A DNA stretch of 64,000 nt, taken from positions 6,262,001-6,326,000 of the forward strand of contig OU015569.1 in NCBI GenBank assembly GCA_907165135.1, given 5' to 3'. The stretch's first letter is position 1, and each line of letters opens with the position of its first letter. Position numbers and translations under genes: made by a program. Source of the stretch: Oikopleura dioica (lineage: Eukaryota > Animalia > Chordata). Below the pieces are notes generated by a model. The model searched no databases, was not told where the DNA came from, and saw only the letters and a program-made list of their open reading frames with translations. Below are positions 38,215 through 50,800 of this stretch, piece after piece.

Positions 38215-38699
38215 CTAAACAGAAGGAGAAGCGTTGTCTGTCATAAAAATGGAATGATAAGAAGGGGGTTCACAAGGACACATGGCAGGAACAGTATTTT
38301 CTGTGGCAAAAATGGAATCATAAGAAGGAGGCTCACAAGGATACATTGCAGGAACAGTATTTTCTGTCATAAAAATGGAATTATAAGAAGGAGGTTCACA
38401 AGAATTCATGGCAGGAACAGTATTTTCTGTGCCAAAAATGGAATCATAAGACGGAGGATCATCTGCCGGTAGATTGAAATCATGATGAAAGATTGGCTCT
38501 GTTCTGGAGCTTGTCGATGCTTCTAAGTCTTCTTCTTAAAAAAAGTTAAGTTATAAATTCAATGATTATCTTTACCTCTGGAAACCACAGCTGCCCTATT
38601 TCTTCTCTTTATTCTTTCGAGACAGCTTGCGACGGATAAAAAAATCAGACAGAACAAAACGCATGAGAAAATAAGTGTGAGGTCTAATTCGAGTGGCAT
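38215..38699 (-). CDS. Single-pass membrane protein with four PPSY motifs (copy 1)
   Basis: MPLELDLTLIFSCVLFCLIFLSVASC (TM), RIKRRNR, phase-1 intron, then 4x PPSY[D/N/H]SIF. Confidence 0.7.
38226..38458 (-). repeat. 63-bp coding tandem repeat (21 aa unit, ~3.7 copies)
   Basis: Unit ENTVPAMxxCEPPSYxSIFxT visible in DNA and protein. Confidence 0.9.
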
Positions 38700-38835
38700 T
38701 TTGTTAGAAAGAGTGCTTTTTTGATGCTTATACTCGTACTCTACTAGAATGCTTCATTTCAGCTGGTTTTTATTGCAAGATACTCAGGAGCGCCGATATT
38801 TCCGGGTTTTTCGAAATTTATCACGGATATTTTCA

Positions 38836-38966
38836 CCTCGACTCGATTAGACTGCTTGTGGAAACAAGTCGACTCGACTCGATTTGACCCTACGAGTCAA
38901 CTAGTCGAAAAAGTCGAGAACAAAGTCGAAAAATCTAGTCGAATAAGTCGAAAATCTAGTCAAAAG
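38836..38966. repeat. Cluster of TCGACT/AGTCGA short repeats
   Basis: TCGACTCGA units on the left and AGTCGA(A) units on the right (reverse-complement orientation). Confidence 0.55.
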
Positions 38967-40057
38967 AATCACTATTTCGCGGGTATTTTCGCGTCATTGA
39001 GATTTTTTGTGATTAAAATGGAATCAGAATTATTGGTTAAAGTGTTAGTTAAAGTTTGAATGATAATAATAAAAACATGGATTTTCCGGAAATTTTCGTC
39101 AATAAAATAGTCAATTTATGATGAACCCATTTGATCGCGCCCATTTCATTCAATTTATTCTTTATGAATCTATTCCTCTTCGTTCGTTTTTAATGATTTA
39201 TTAACTTTCGACTGTCGAATGAAGAACTATTACGCGAAAATGAGTTTCATCCTTGTTATACAAGGGAACTACGATAATTTGCTCGTAGACGAGGCTATTT
39301 GGATGTATTAATTTATTCGCGATAAGGAGCCTTCAAAAATTAAGATGTCTGTTGATTACTCAATTATTGGATTAACTGGCAATCGGACTGTTGATGCAGC
39401 ATGATTATAGGGTCCCAGACTCTGCGTTCCTTGGATCATCTCGATTTTTGATTCGGATAACGATCGCCACCCATTTCTAAGTGATCGGAGAAGGTATTAC
39501 TCGTCCTCTTTTCAATTTCTCCCCAATCTCGCCAGGAAAGCCGCATCCCCACTTTAAATATAAAAATAACGAAGAGAAAAAATCCTAAATTGCATTCTCC
39601 AGAAGAAATCGTGAGTTTATTTTTTAATGAACCCTTCTAAAATGCCGTCTTTCGTGCACCCTTGCAAATGACGTCTAAAACGATCATGATTCACGAATAA
39701 GGCCTTAATCCTGCAATAGAAAAACGGTTCATAATTAATTTTTTGCTTAAAAATATTTATATTTTTTCGTGAACTCAGAAAGAGAAGCATTGGCGAGAAG
39801 GAGATTATCACAGGTGGCAAGTTTTGATTCTGTCAAAAATGATTGATTTTGAGAACATCAAGTTGATTTGAAGGTTACCGACATTATTAAAAGTTAACTT
39901 CAGACGGGAAAGAACACGCTCTCCATAGGCGTATGCTTGGTGCTGGCGCGAAAACTGGCGCTGTACCCCGTAGGAATTATGAATATTAATTTACGTTGAC
40001 TGCATAACGATACTGTAAGTCCTAACGACACACTCAGACTGAGTAGCTATATTTTAG

Positions 40058-42383
40058 CCTCGCGATCGTATACTTTGGACGCTCTAAGAGAAATGGGAAG
40101 AACAATAAATATTACCGAAGACGGCCTCATCGCAGAGGAAATGCGAGTGATTATGGAGCAGATGGGAGTTCATGAAGACGGGGTTTCTTTACTTGGTGAA
40201 ATTCCTTACATGGTAAAATTTTTTTTTTCTTTACCAAGTAAGGAATTTTACCAAGTAAGGAAACCCTCATGAAGACAACATGCATCAAGTCAACTATACC
40301 AAGTTAGTAGTTAATGATGTTCCCAAGCGTAAAAAAACAAACTAAGAGAGTTTCTTTGCGAGTTTTCATCGAAATATTTTGGACGAGACGTTTGTCCGTC
40401 CGAAACACTTGAATCGATCTTGGTTCCGATAATATTCGGCATCATTTTCGTCATTGGTCTTATCGGCAACATCATAGTAATTCTGGAAGGTTGAAAATTG
40501 AAATATTCAATCATTGATTGAACTCGGTGCATATTTTGAGCCGTAAAAGATCATCAGCAGAAATCACCGTCACAAAGCAAATCGAGTTTACGTCCTTTCA
40601 CTGGCTGCATCGGACATGATTTTCATTCTCTTCTGTGTCCCCTTTCAAGCCTTCATCTACACATTCCCGACTTGGTTCTTTGGTCGCTTCCTTTGCAAAT
40701 TTTGCTCCGGTTAACAATCCAATCCGAACATAACTTTTAAACAGCGCTCATTTTTAGACTTTGATTTTTAGTAAGTGCTCATTTTTGGAAAAACTGACAC
40801 GCCAAACAGTCATTAATTTTGTTTAAAAGAGCGACACTTTATTTTTGAACTTGCCGTTAACCAGACGAAGCCACTTTTGGACTGAAGTCGGGGCAACAGG
40901 ATCGAGCCTTTCATTAGTCGCTCTTTCCATCGATAGAAATCTTGCCGTTGCTATCTTCCGCTATGTAAGTCATCTTCCCATAGCACCCGAAAGAATAACC
41001 CTGTTTCTAAAGCCAAAAGCACGAGGTAATCGACGACTGCTTTGGATAGCCGTAGGTGAGCGCTTGTCACTGTTTATCAATAGGCTAAACGAATCTGTTA
41101 ATAGCCCTCATTTGGATAACATCGATTGTATTCGCGCTCCCAAGTTTGATCATAATAGATACATACACTTTTCATGGACAGGGGGAGAGCCACACATATT
41201 GCCACCCCGTGCTGCACGAGTTAGATATGTACTACACCCTGGCGAAGTCGATTGGCGCTTTTTTCATTCCGCTGCTAATCATTTTCTATGCATACGCAGG
41301 TACGCACCAATGCACTTTGCATTCCAAGAGCTCGTTTCCTTAGACCTTCTTGTTCGTGTCAAGCGGCAGCAGAAAGTCATCCAGACGAGGCGCAAGCGAA
41401 GCCGGAAAGAAGCCGATAAACGGACGAGGAAGGTCTCGATAGCTCACTCAACTCTGTTGACTCTTTGTAATTATCAGACATAACAAGAATGATGTTCGCC
41501 TTGGTGGGCATTCTTGTGGCTGCCTTCATTATCTGCTGGCTACCTCAGCACACGCTTAATTTATTTATCAGCTTTGCCAAGTTTCAATTTACGCTGGAGA
41601 TGTTTTATTTAAAGGTAACGTCAATGGCAGTAATTTTGCGCGACTGAACGATCTCAGTGGCCTTGAATGAGCTTTTCGAAATTAGTTTTAGATCACTTGC
41701 CATTGCTTGTCATTCTGTCAGGCTATGTTGAACCCGCTGCTTTACGCATTCGCCTCGAAATGGATACGACTGCAACCGGGTTTAAAAGTACTTTTTGCCG
41801 TAAATTCTACGGTAGTTTTTCTTCGGAACGAAAGTATAAGACTTAAAATAATTTATGAATGAGACTGTCTGAATAACCAGATACTTGATAAATATTAACG
41901 TCTTCTTGCAAGACATCAGTTAGTTTCTCTGTCGTCTTCATTTAAAAATATCATCATTCATTTTCAGTCAGTTTCCATAAACCCGACCTAAGCACATAAA
42001 GAAAACAATTGTTAACAATCCATGGGTGCGGCGAAATATTTCTTGGGTCTCACGTGACGATGTAGTCATCAATTCGAACGAGTCAAGTTACGTTCCGAAC
42101 AGACGTTTTTCCAGGATTCGCCAGAGCATTGTCTTCTCCAATTTTATGGATGGTGAGTGTGATTGTTTTTTTTCTGAGATTCCAGAATAATTTAGGCATC
42201 GGTGCTGGAATTGAAACAATCGTTACTCCAGTAAAGGCACTTTTCGACGCTCAAGCGACTGGTAAATACAGCATCAATGAGATCGACAAGAATATTTCGT
42301 AAAAATGCTAAACCCTTTAAGTCACGACTGTTGTCATCGCAAATGGTGGGGAGAAAGAGACACACGCAATAGCCTCAGACTAG
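40058..42383 (+). CDS. Class A peptide GPCR, galanin/allatostatin-A receptor-like (many exons; start uncertain)
   Basis: TM1 LVPIIFGIIFVIGLIGN; TM2 LSLAASDMIFILFCVPFQAFIYTFPTWFFGRFLCKF; TM3 SIDRNLAV; TM6 FIICWLPQH; TM7 HCLSFCQAMLNPLLYAF. Confidence 0.85.
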
Positions 42384-43224
42384 AGTCCGCAAAGGATGTC
42401 TATTCAATCTCTGTACATTGTACAATAAATTGATCTGACCCTTCTGTCCAAAATGGTCGCCTTTCGTGCGATGTCGTTGTTTCACAGTGAAAAAGCTTAG
42501 CTCTGCTATAATTTCATTGGTTTCGTTTCGTTGTTTACGCGCTTGAAAACAACGTAGTAGTGGTCTCCGCGTGTGTCGTCTCTGGACAGCGGGGCAACAC
42601 GGGCGTCTGGCGCTCTCGAATTTACCGCGGTCGAAGCGGTCGGTCCTCCAGACAGGGGAATCAATACTTCTGTCTGGGAGACATGAACTGGTACTGGCCT
42701 GCAGGGGATAGATGGATCGGATGCTGCTTCTCTCCTCAACTCAGCCCTCCACAGAATTTTCTATCTCGCTCTTGCTTCCATTCATTCGACTTAAATACCA
42801 TGTTCACCAAGAGAAGTCCCGGTCAGTTCTTAAAAACGAGCTCTTGTTCTCACACAATAAAAAAAGAGAAGTCAATAAAGGGATCTGAACACAAAGCCTT
42901 TCTAGTGCCCCAGAGCTAGACTGTCCAGTTCTTGAGACTTGGTCGTCTAAAAGACACAAAGTCCGACATGAATTTTGACTACAACTCTGATTTTCATTCA
43001 ATTATTTACATTGACTTTTTTGCGGAAAAATAATTTTCAGCCTTTTTGAAGCGCTTTTCAGAGAACTGATAAACAAAACTTGAAGACAGCAAAAGGTAGA
43101 AGGGATTGTCGAACTCTTTTCTCTTCTATCATTATTTTTTTGAAGACAACGCTTAAAATATGATATCGTTCAGTATTTTCGAGGGGATTATCGGAGTGAG
43201 TAAATACTTAATTTTGTTTAAGAC

Positions 43225-45042
43225 ATGAGTTACAAGCAGTGTCTACTCAAAGCAGTCGTCTCTGCTGATTACAACCAAGAAGAGAAAAATTACATGAAAG
43301 GGTCTCTAACTAGTAAATATCTATAAATAGAGAAAATCACTGTAAATAATACTTGAAAGATCCTAAAACAGAGAAAAAACTATTAATCACATACTAAAGA
43401 AGCTTTCTGATGACTCGCGCGAAAAATTGGAGCTCTTCGTACAGACAGTGCAAGAGTCAAGCACGGCGCTCGAATTTTCAGAGTGCATCACTCTTCCCAG
43501 AAGCAGCGTTATCATTTGCAAAGAACTTAATGTCGCCCAAAATCTCCGCGTAAAAGGTAAAAATAAACATCCAAATACGAGTCTAAACTCATTGACAAAA
43601 AAGGAGACAACAGATTCGTCTCTGGAAAATTACAATGGCTGTCTGTTCTTCTCTCGAAAATATTCCGCTTTCCGGAAATTCAGTTCCAGCATGATTTGGA
43701 AGCGGCCCCGCACTGTCACTTTCACTTCGGGAAAAAGCTAGAATCGATCTGCATCAACGTACAGCACTACACCCCGGTCGAAGTTGCCACTCAACAGACG
43801 ATTCAACAATGTTCGATTCCCTTATCAATTCAACAGGTTTTTTGACATATAAAATTGCTTTCAATAAATTTATATTTTTTCAGCCTGTGATCTACCAAAT
43901 TGTCGACGAGAACTTTCGCTCAAGCGGAAACGAGACAGTCGTTTACCAAGTTTTTAATCAATCGACTCCGATCCAAAGTAGCCAGACCCCGATCATGCCA
44001 AAGATGAAACAAGTTTATCAACTGGCACCAGCGGCTCATTCTCCAAGCTCAGGCTCAACACCGATGGCTCTCTCGCCGATTGTCTCTTCTAATCCGATTA
44101 CAGAGATTTTCAACTTGCAGGAAGAGGCGAACGTTCGATATGAAAAGATTGCTTCTACTTGGGATCAGAGTACGGATGATGCTTGGGCATCGATTCAATA
44201 CAATAAAGGGACTCAGTCTATCGGGCAAAAGGTGAGCTATATTTTTAATCAAAATCGAAACAATTCTAGTTTATCTGCAAAAACGCGCATCGTCAAATCA
44301 TCTTGGACAACGCACAAAGAAACTCTGATTTGCCCTGTCCCCAGCGCTTTTCTCTTGGCGAGTTTCAGTTGAGAACCTTCATCGATGAACGGAGTCTAAT
44401 CATTTTTTTCAGGAATAGATCTTCTATCGAGGATGAAATATTTGCAGCAAAAATCGGTAAAGGCGTCGGTCTTGTCAATGTTAAGGGGCAGATCTTTGTC
44501 GACAACTTGACTAAGGGACCTATTTTTTCTCAAAGCTGGACTGGAACTGAGTATGTTAACAAGGTATCATTCCAAGAAAAAAATCAGACAGGCAAGAATG
44601 CTTTAGCAATACGATGCGAATCTTCACCGTTCGACAATTATGGAAATCAAAGCTGGGCTCGTTGGCGTTTGCATTTTTGATTTGGAAATATTCGCTAAAG
44701 ATCTTGATGTGAACTTGGATAGTTGTTTGAACGTGATTGAAAGACATTTTAAGGAATGTGCACGAAGACTACAACGAGCAAAAGACGAAAATAACCTTGA
44801 AGCCGGAAGACGAGCACGAATCGAACTCAATCGTATGCAACACCGTTGCCTTATCAGGTGAGATCGCGGCTTTCTTCGTTTTTTAAACGTTTATATTGTT
44901 TAGAATTTCGCTGTTCACCGGTTGGGGAGAACAGCATCACTCGAAAGCAATACAAGGAACCCCGCATTGGATAGAGATAAAAGCATTTACTGCGCTGAAC
45001 TGGCTCGACGCTGTCAGAACTCATTTTGGCATTCGAAATTAA
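43225..45042 (+). CDS. Highly divergent SMAD (MH1 + MH2, no SSxS)
   Basis: MH1: ECITLPRS...KIFRFPEIQFQHDLEAAPHCHFHFGKKLESICINVQHY. MH2: AWASIQY, RFSLG, KIGKGVGL, IFDL, CLIRISLFTGWGEQH...TPHWIEI...LNWLD. Confidence 0.85.
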
Positions 45043-45224
45043 GTTCATTTTCATTGAAAAGAGAGCCACTTCTGCGAAAATTTCTGTTGCTTTCTGATTG
45101 CTAAAAATCACTTGTGTGCTTGAGCTTTTAATACAGTTTGAAAGACAGAGAAATATTTGCATTGAATTCGTCTAAATACTAGAATAAATTACCTTAATAT
45201 ACCTCTTCCAACAATGCAGAGTCT

Positions 45225-46469
45225 ATGAGCATGAAACAAGACGAAAGAGAATGCGTCAAAAACTTCCTCGTGTCTGCAAAATATATCTTTACTCGAAAAT
45301 TGGCTTAAATAAAGCAATAAATAGTCTTACATTGCCATCGAGAGCATCGTTCCCCGAACAGATATGTCTTTGTAGAGTTGAGAAGAATACAAAAGCTAAA
45401 ATCTATAAAATAATTAATCTTACTTTCAAGCTCAACTCTGGCTAAAGTTGTCGACGTTTTCAACAGTGAGGCGAGTCTCTCGAGACTGGGGAAACAAGCC
45501 AGAAGCGATGAAAGAGAGTGTTTCCACTGCGGTGGAAATGAAGAAGAGACGCAAACGCTCCGTTGATATTCCAGAGTCTGTTATCTCCGCCAAGTCAGTT
45601 CAAGAAGAGCCCCTCTTTACTGAGGAAAAAATTGACTTCGATCATGTAGCAGGAGTTTTGTTCCACACTAATGAAAGCATTAGAGTGGTGTTGTAGTGGA
45701 AATAAATCTCTTCTAAGAATTCGACAGCGGCTACGAGTGCTCGTCAGTCTCTAAGGCTGGCAGCAATTCCGATAAAAATAGTGTCGACTCAAAGTCTACT
45801 GAGGCTTTGCCTTGGTGGAGAAAACTCTTCAAAAAACGAGAAAAACAGCCGAAAAGTAATTTAGAATTCTACAAGTGACTTATTTTCATTGTCCATTGTA
45901 AGTTTGTCCTGTCGGATGCAGTTGCTTATGCCACACGGAGAAACCAATAAAGTCAGTAGCGATTGATATGGCTCTGTTGACGGCAAATGCTAATCAAGTA
46001 GAAAGATGACTATAATTACTATTATTCACAACTCTAGTTACGCATCTTGATGGGAATGGAAGACCTCTGCGGAAAAATAAATTGGGAACAAACGCGACTA
46101 TTAGAAGATGGAACCTCCGTTCCTACTGGATGCGATGTGCGGCAATTTACTTGGAAATGTCTTCTCTTTCTTGTTTTAGTGTCGATCCTTGGCCAGGTAA
46201 GTGTTTTTCCGTTGTTACGCATAAAATGAAGGTTCATGAACATCAATTTTCTTTAGATTTTGGTTGGAGTCGTGAACACCTGCATTTTCAGTTTTATCCA
46301 GTACCCCAACAAGAACCTCATCGCACGATCGGTCAACTCGATTTCCCTCATGCTTGCCTTTTTCATTACTTGCGTGAATATTGTCATGACTGGAATTTTC
46401 GCAGGATAGAATAAAACACTCAAAGCAGTGAAAATCCTGGTATTATTTACGAAGTACTTTCATCCTAGT
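45225..46469 (+). CDS. Unknown membrane protein with C-terminal TM segments
   Basis: Spliced exons ending in hydrophobic stretches (CLLFLVLVSILGQ|ILVGVVNTCIF; ISLMLAFFITCVNIVMTGIFA); no family recognised. Confidence 0.35.
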
Positions 46470-46657
46470 GATGGCTCTGAGCTCTTTTTTTAATCACAAG
46501 ACAGAAATTTGCAGAATATTCAACTTCCGTATAATCGCTTTTTATCTATTTTGACTATAAATTAACGCGTAGCTCGTAACTAGTGATCTGTAGGAGATTT
46601 GTCTGGAATCGTTAAAAGCAAAGCACAAAAGTCAGAGAGAATAAAAAACTGATCGAA

Positions 46658-47705
46658 ATGGGGAGCATCTTTAGCACAAGCGTAAGTCGCTCCGATTCAA
46701 TTAAGTGTAAACAAACTTACTCAGGAAGATAAAAGGGCACATCGCCGCAGAAAAAGTAAGTACTCGAGGAAAACATGAATGAATAAAACAAATTTTGTGC
46801 GTCACACTCGAGTCAAATTTAGCTGCGATAGCGGAACTTGCCGCACGATTGGTTGGAGTCCACCAAAAGCTAAAAGGGGATTAAATGATTTCAATTTGCG
46901 CACAATATTATACCGCCATATAATCACTCGCTACTAATTGAAAAGATCATTTGAATCGTCCACAGAAGAAAGCTTATCCTCAGTATATAAACGAGCTTAG
47001 CCACGAGGAGAAGATGGAAGAGCTAAAAAACACGTTTGATATCTTCGATAGAGATGGATCTGGAGAGGTTTGCAGCGACCGGTTTGCTCCAAGACATCTT
47101 TTGCCTTCATTTTTTGAATTAGATCTCCATTAATGAAGTTCGTTGTACTCTCAATGCATTTGGATTTTTTCCATCTGAAGCGTTCCTTGGGGAGTGTCTG
47201 AGAAAATTTGACTTGGATAACAATCGCCTCATTGATTTTGATGAGTTCAAGTTCATGTACGCCACTTTGATGAAAGATTCACCCAAGTTTGCGTCAGAAG
47301 AACTTCGCGAAGTTTTCAAGTAGGTGTCGATCGCGAATAATTGGAATTTCGTTTTTAAAGCACACTGGAAGTTATTGATAAGCGAAAATGCAATACAAAG
47401 GGATACCACGGCATGGGCTGTGACGAAGATGGTTTCATCTCGGACAAGGAAAACCCACTTTACTTTTCAAATTACCTCCCCACGGGAAGTGTACCTGTCC
47501 AAGACGTGATTAAGATGCTCACAATGAGTCAAGGTACTACGGAAGGGACGAATGAGTCCTCTGCAATTAGGTAAATTTTAATAACTATTTATTTACGCTC
47601 TCCTACAGCGAAGAAGAAGCCAAAGCGTTCTTGTTGCAGTTCACAGATGATACCGGGAGAGTTCAGACATCTGATATTGTTGCATTCCTGGCTGAAAGCG
47701 AATAA
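46658..47705 (+). CDS. Calmodulin-like EF-hand protein with N-myristoylation motif
   Basis: MGSIFS start; EF loops FDRDGSGE|ISINE and FDLDNNRLIDFDEF; degenerate C-lobe. Confidence 0.7.
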
Positions 47706-47814
47706 AGTTACTAAACAGATAAGATTTTCCCTAAACCAATTTATTAAAACATGCATCTTGTCGCAGAAAACTTAAGCCTAAATCTAGTTGCTATTTGTGC
47801 TAGCCTAAAGAATA

Positions 47815-50800
47815 TCAGAAACAAATAATTTCATCATTTCGTCCAGTTCTTGTATGAATGATGTCGAGCTCGACGACGGTACAATCGATCAAGATCCAAC
47901 GAGAAATCGTCGAGAGTTTCTATTCTTCCGAGAGCGGATTCTTGTTTGCTGATGTAAGCGCGTTTTTTTCGTACAACAGCATTATCTTTGTGAACCTTTG
48001 TAAATTCTTCCATCGCGCGCTAAAAATTTTAATGTATAATCGCTTAATTGTCTATCTGACCTGGGAAAGTCTATCATAGTTTGTCAGATAGATGGGTTCT
48101 ATGGTGACTTTTCCTTTAATTCTTTCCATGTTGCGGCGGGCTTCCTGGCCATAGTGGGAGTCTTTCTCAAAATCGCGGCCGATGGCGATCGGGAAAACTA
48201 AAAATAAAGACATCAAATCAAGACGTATTCTTACCGTAATCGAATATATTCTGCACTTTGGAAAGGATTCTTCCAACATATTCTTGGTCTTCATCATCGC
48301 GAGGCTCACCATCAGTGATCACAAAAAGTGCTGTAACTGCGCGATCATTATTGTGTCTAATGAGTTCTGAGATGTGCTCAAGAGCATGATACGTCATTGT
48401 GCCACGTTCCATTTGCTTATCTTCAAGCTCCAAATGTATTTTTTCGATTATTTCTTCACGATTGCTGTTTGTGACTGGCTGTTGCACAATGTGGTCGATT
48501 GGATCCCCATCAGAAAATTGCACTACGGATAGCTGTTGTAAGTTCGTCAGTCGTCGTGTTATCTCTTGAACAGCGTTGCTGGCTTCTGCCCACTCATTCA
48601 GGCCGAAAACAGAGTCTTGTCCTCGAATTGAATCAGAACCATCAACAAGGAAGATAGCGTTCACCGGTACAGGAGTTTTGGTTTTCTCCATCTCGCATTT
48701 AGAGCATTTGACCAAAGGTCGAAGCCACTCCTTGATGTCCTCGTAATATTCTTGCAGATTAACAACACCATTTGGTCCGGGAAGTCCCTGAGGACCAGCT
48801 TTTCCATCATTGCCTTTGGGTCCAACAGGTCCTTGAGCACCATCTTGTCCATCATTACCTGGCGGACCAGCTGGTCCTTGCGGTCCAGGGTTTCCGCTAA
48901 GTCCAGGTTGTCCTGGTCGTCCAGGCTTTCCACGAGGTCCTTTTGGACCCTTTTCACCATCACGTCCATCGATTCCAGGTCTACCGACTTCGCCAGGTGG
49001 GCCTTTAGGACCTTGAAGGCCTTGTCTACCTTGTGCTCCAGGTGGACCTTTTGGTCCTCTCTGACCAAGTGCTCCAGGTTGTCCAGGCTGACCTGGCTGA
49101 CCGCACTCTCCATTAGGACCAGGGTATCCTCTTTCACCAGCAGGTCCTTGTGGCCCTGGTTTACCAGGGCTTCCTGCTGATCCAGTTGGACCAGCGTTAC
49201 CAGGTTCTCCAGGTTTTCCTGGGTGTCCATCGAAACCTCGTGGTCCATCCTGACCAGGTTCACCGGCTACACCACACTCTCCTTTTTCACCAGGCTCACA
49301 CTTGCCAGGCTCTCCAGGTTTACCAGGTGGACCCTTGGGTCCTTCGACACCGTCTCTACCTGGATTACCGTCTCTTCCAGGTTTTCCTCGTCGCCCGTCT
49401 TCACCGTCTTCACCGTCTGGTCCCGCTAGACCATCATTTCCTGGTTGACCTTGAGGGCCCGGAGGGCCTCGTGGACCTTCAGTTCCAGCCCCAGATGCAG
49501 CATCTGGTCCAGCTGGTCCAGGAGGACCACGAGGGCCATCAGGTCCGGGCTCACCACGAGGTCCAGCAACACCATCGGCACCATCTCTTCCCGGTTGACC
49601 AGGAGGACCTTTCTCTCCTGTCAGACCTCGCTCTCCATCAGGACCATGCTGTCCGGGTTCTCCACGCTCACCATTTGGTCCATCAACACCGTCGTTGCCC
49701 GGTTGTCCTGCAGGACCTTGTTCACCTTGATCACCAGGAAGGCCGGTAAGCTTTTGAACTGGCACTGTACAGATGCATTCTGCTTCATCATCAACAAAGT
49801 CTCTTGGGCGAGGACCTCTAGCATCTGATTGACGTCTCTTTCGAGTAAGAGCATTCGTTTCGCGCTGAATAATTGGCCATGCTCGTCGAGTTCTTGCAAA
49901 TTCCATTTCCATCTGGATGTTCGAAACCGACGACTGAATGGCAGGAAACTGATGCACAAGAGAATGGTAATCTGGAACAGTCTGAATATCAGTCTGTCCT
50001 TTTTGCACTTGCAACTCGGCAAGCAGGTCTGAAATCATTTCTGAGTCTATCTCGTTTCCAACGCCAACAGCAATGACGATGTCGTATAGCTCGTTGAAAG
50101 CCTTTCCCCCAGCATGGATGTTTTCAAAGGAATCAGATGTCGGCCATCCGTCAGTCACAAGCAAAAGAATGTTATACCGATCTTCTCGATAGTTTCTAAG
50201 AGCTGTGTACTCCTCAGAAACAATCTCACTCAAGGCTGTTCGAAGCGCAGTAGAACTAGCCATTTGCTTAATATCCATAATGGTATCTCTCCAGAATCGA
50301 TCATCTTCTTCAACAAATGGTCCAAACTCTTGTCGAGACTCAGCAGAGAATTGCCTAACCGATATTTGAGAAGCTGGACTTTGAGCCCAGTAGCCAGTCA
50401 TCCAGCCTTGAACAGCTTCCTTTGTATTTTGCCACTCATGTCTTTTGATCGAGTCCGATCCATCGACAAGGATTGTTATGTCGGCAAGTCGAAGTGGCGG
50501 CTCTGGTTCTGGCTCGGGTGCTTGCTGACAGCTTCCACCCTGGGCAGCAAGTTCAGTATTGATGAATACAGCGACTTTACGAGCAGAGTCAGGATTTGTC
50601 ATTGCGAATGGTTCCATTTTTCGTCCGCTGGATGGAGCGGGATACCACCATCGCTGGAGGACTTCCCATCGAGGGCAAACATTTTGAATGTCGGCTTCTT
50701 CTTGAGCAGAACAACGATCTGTAATTGCAACAGGAATAACTCGAATTCCAGCAGTTCGCAGACGAGTAGCAAGCTCATCAACACGACTGATGTCTCCTTC

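Noticed and set aside
38226-38458. Regularly spaced repeats as a CRISPR-like array
   Set aside because: Contiguous in-frame 63-bp coding repeats with no unique spacers, in a eukaryotic context.
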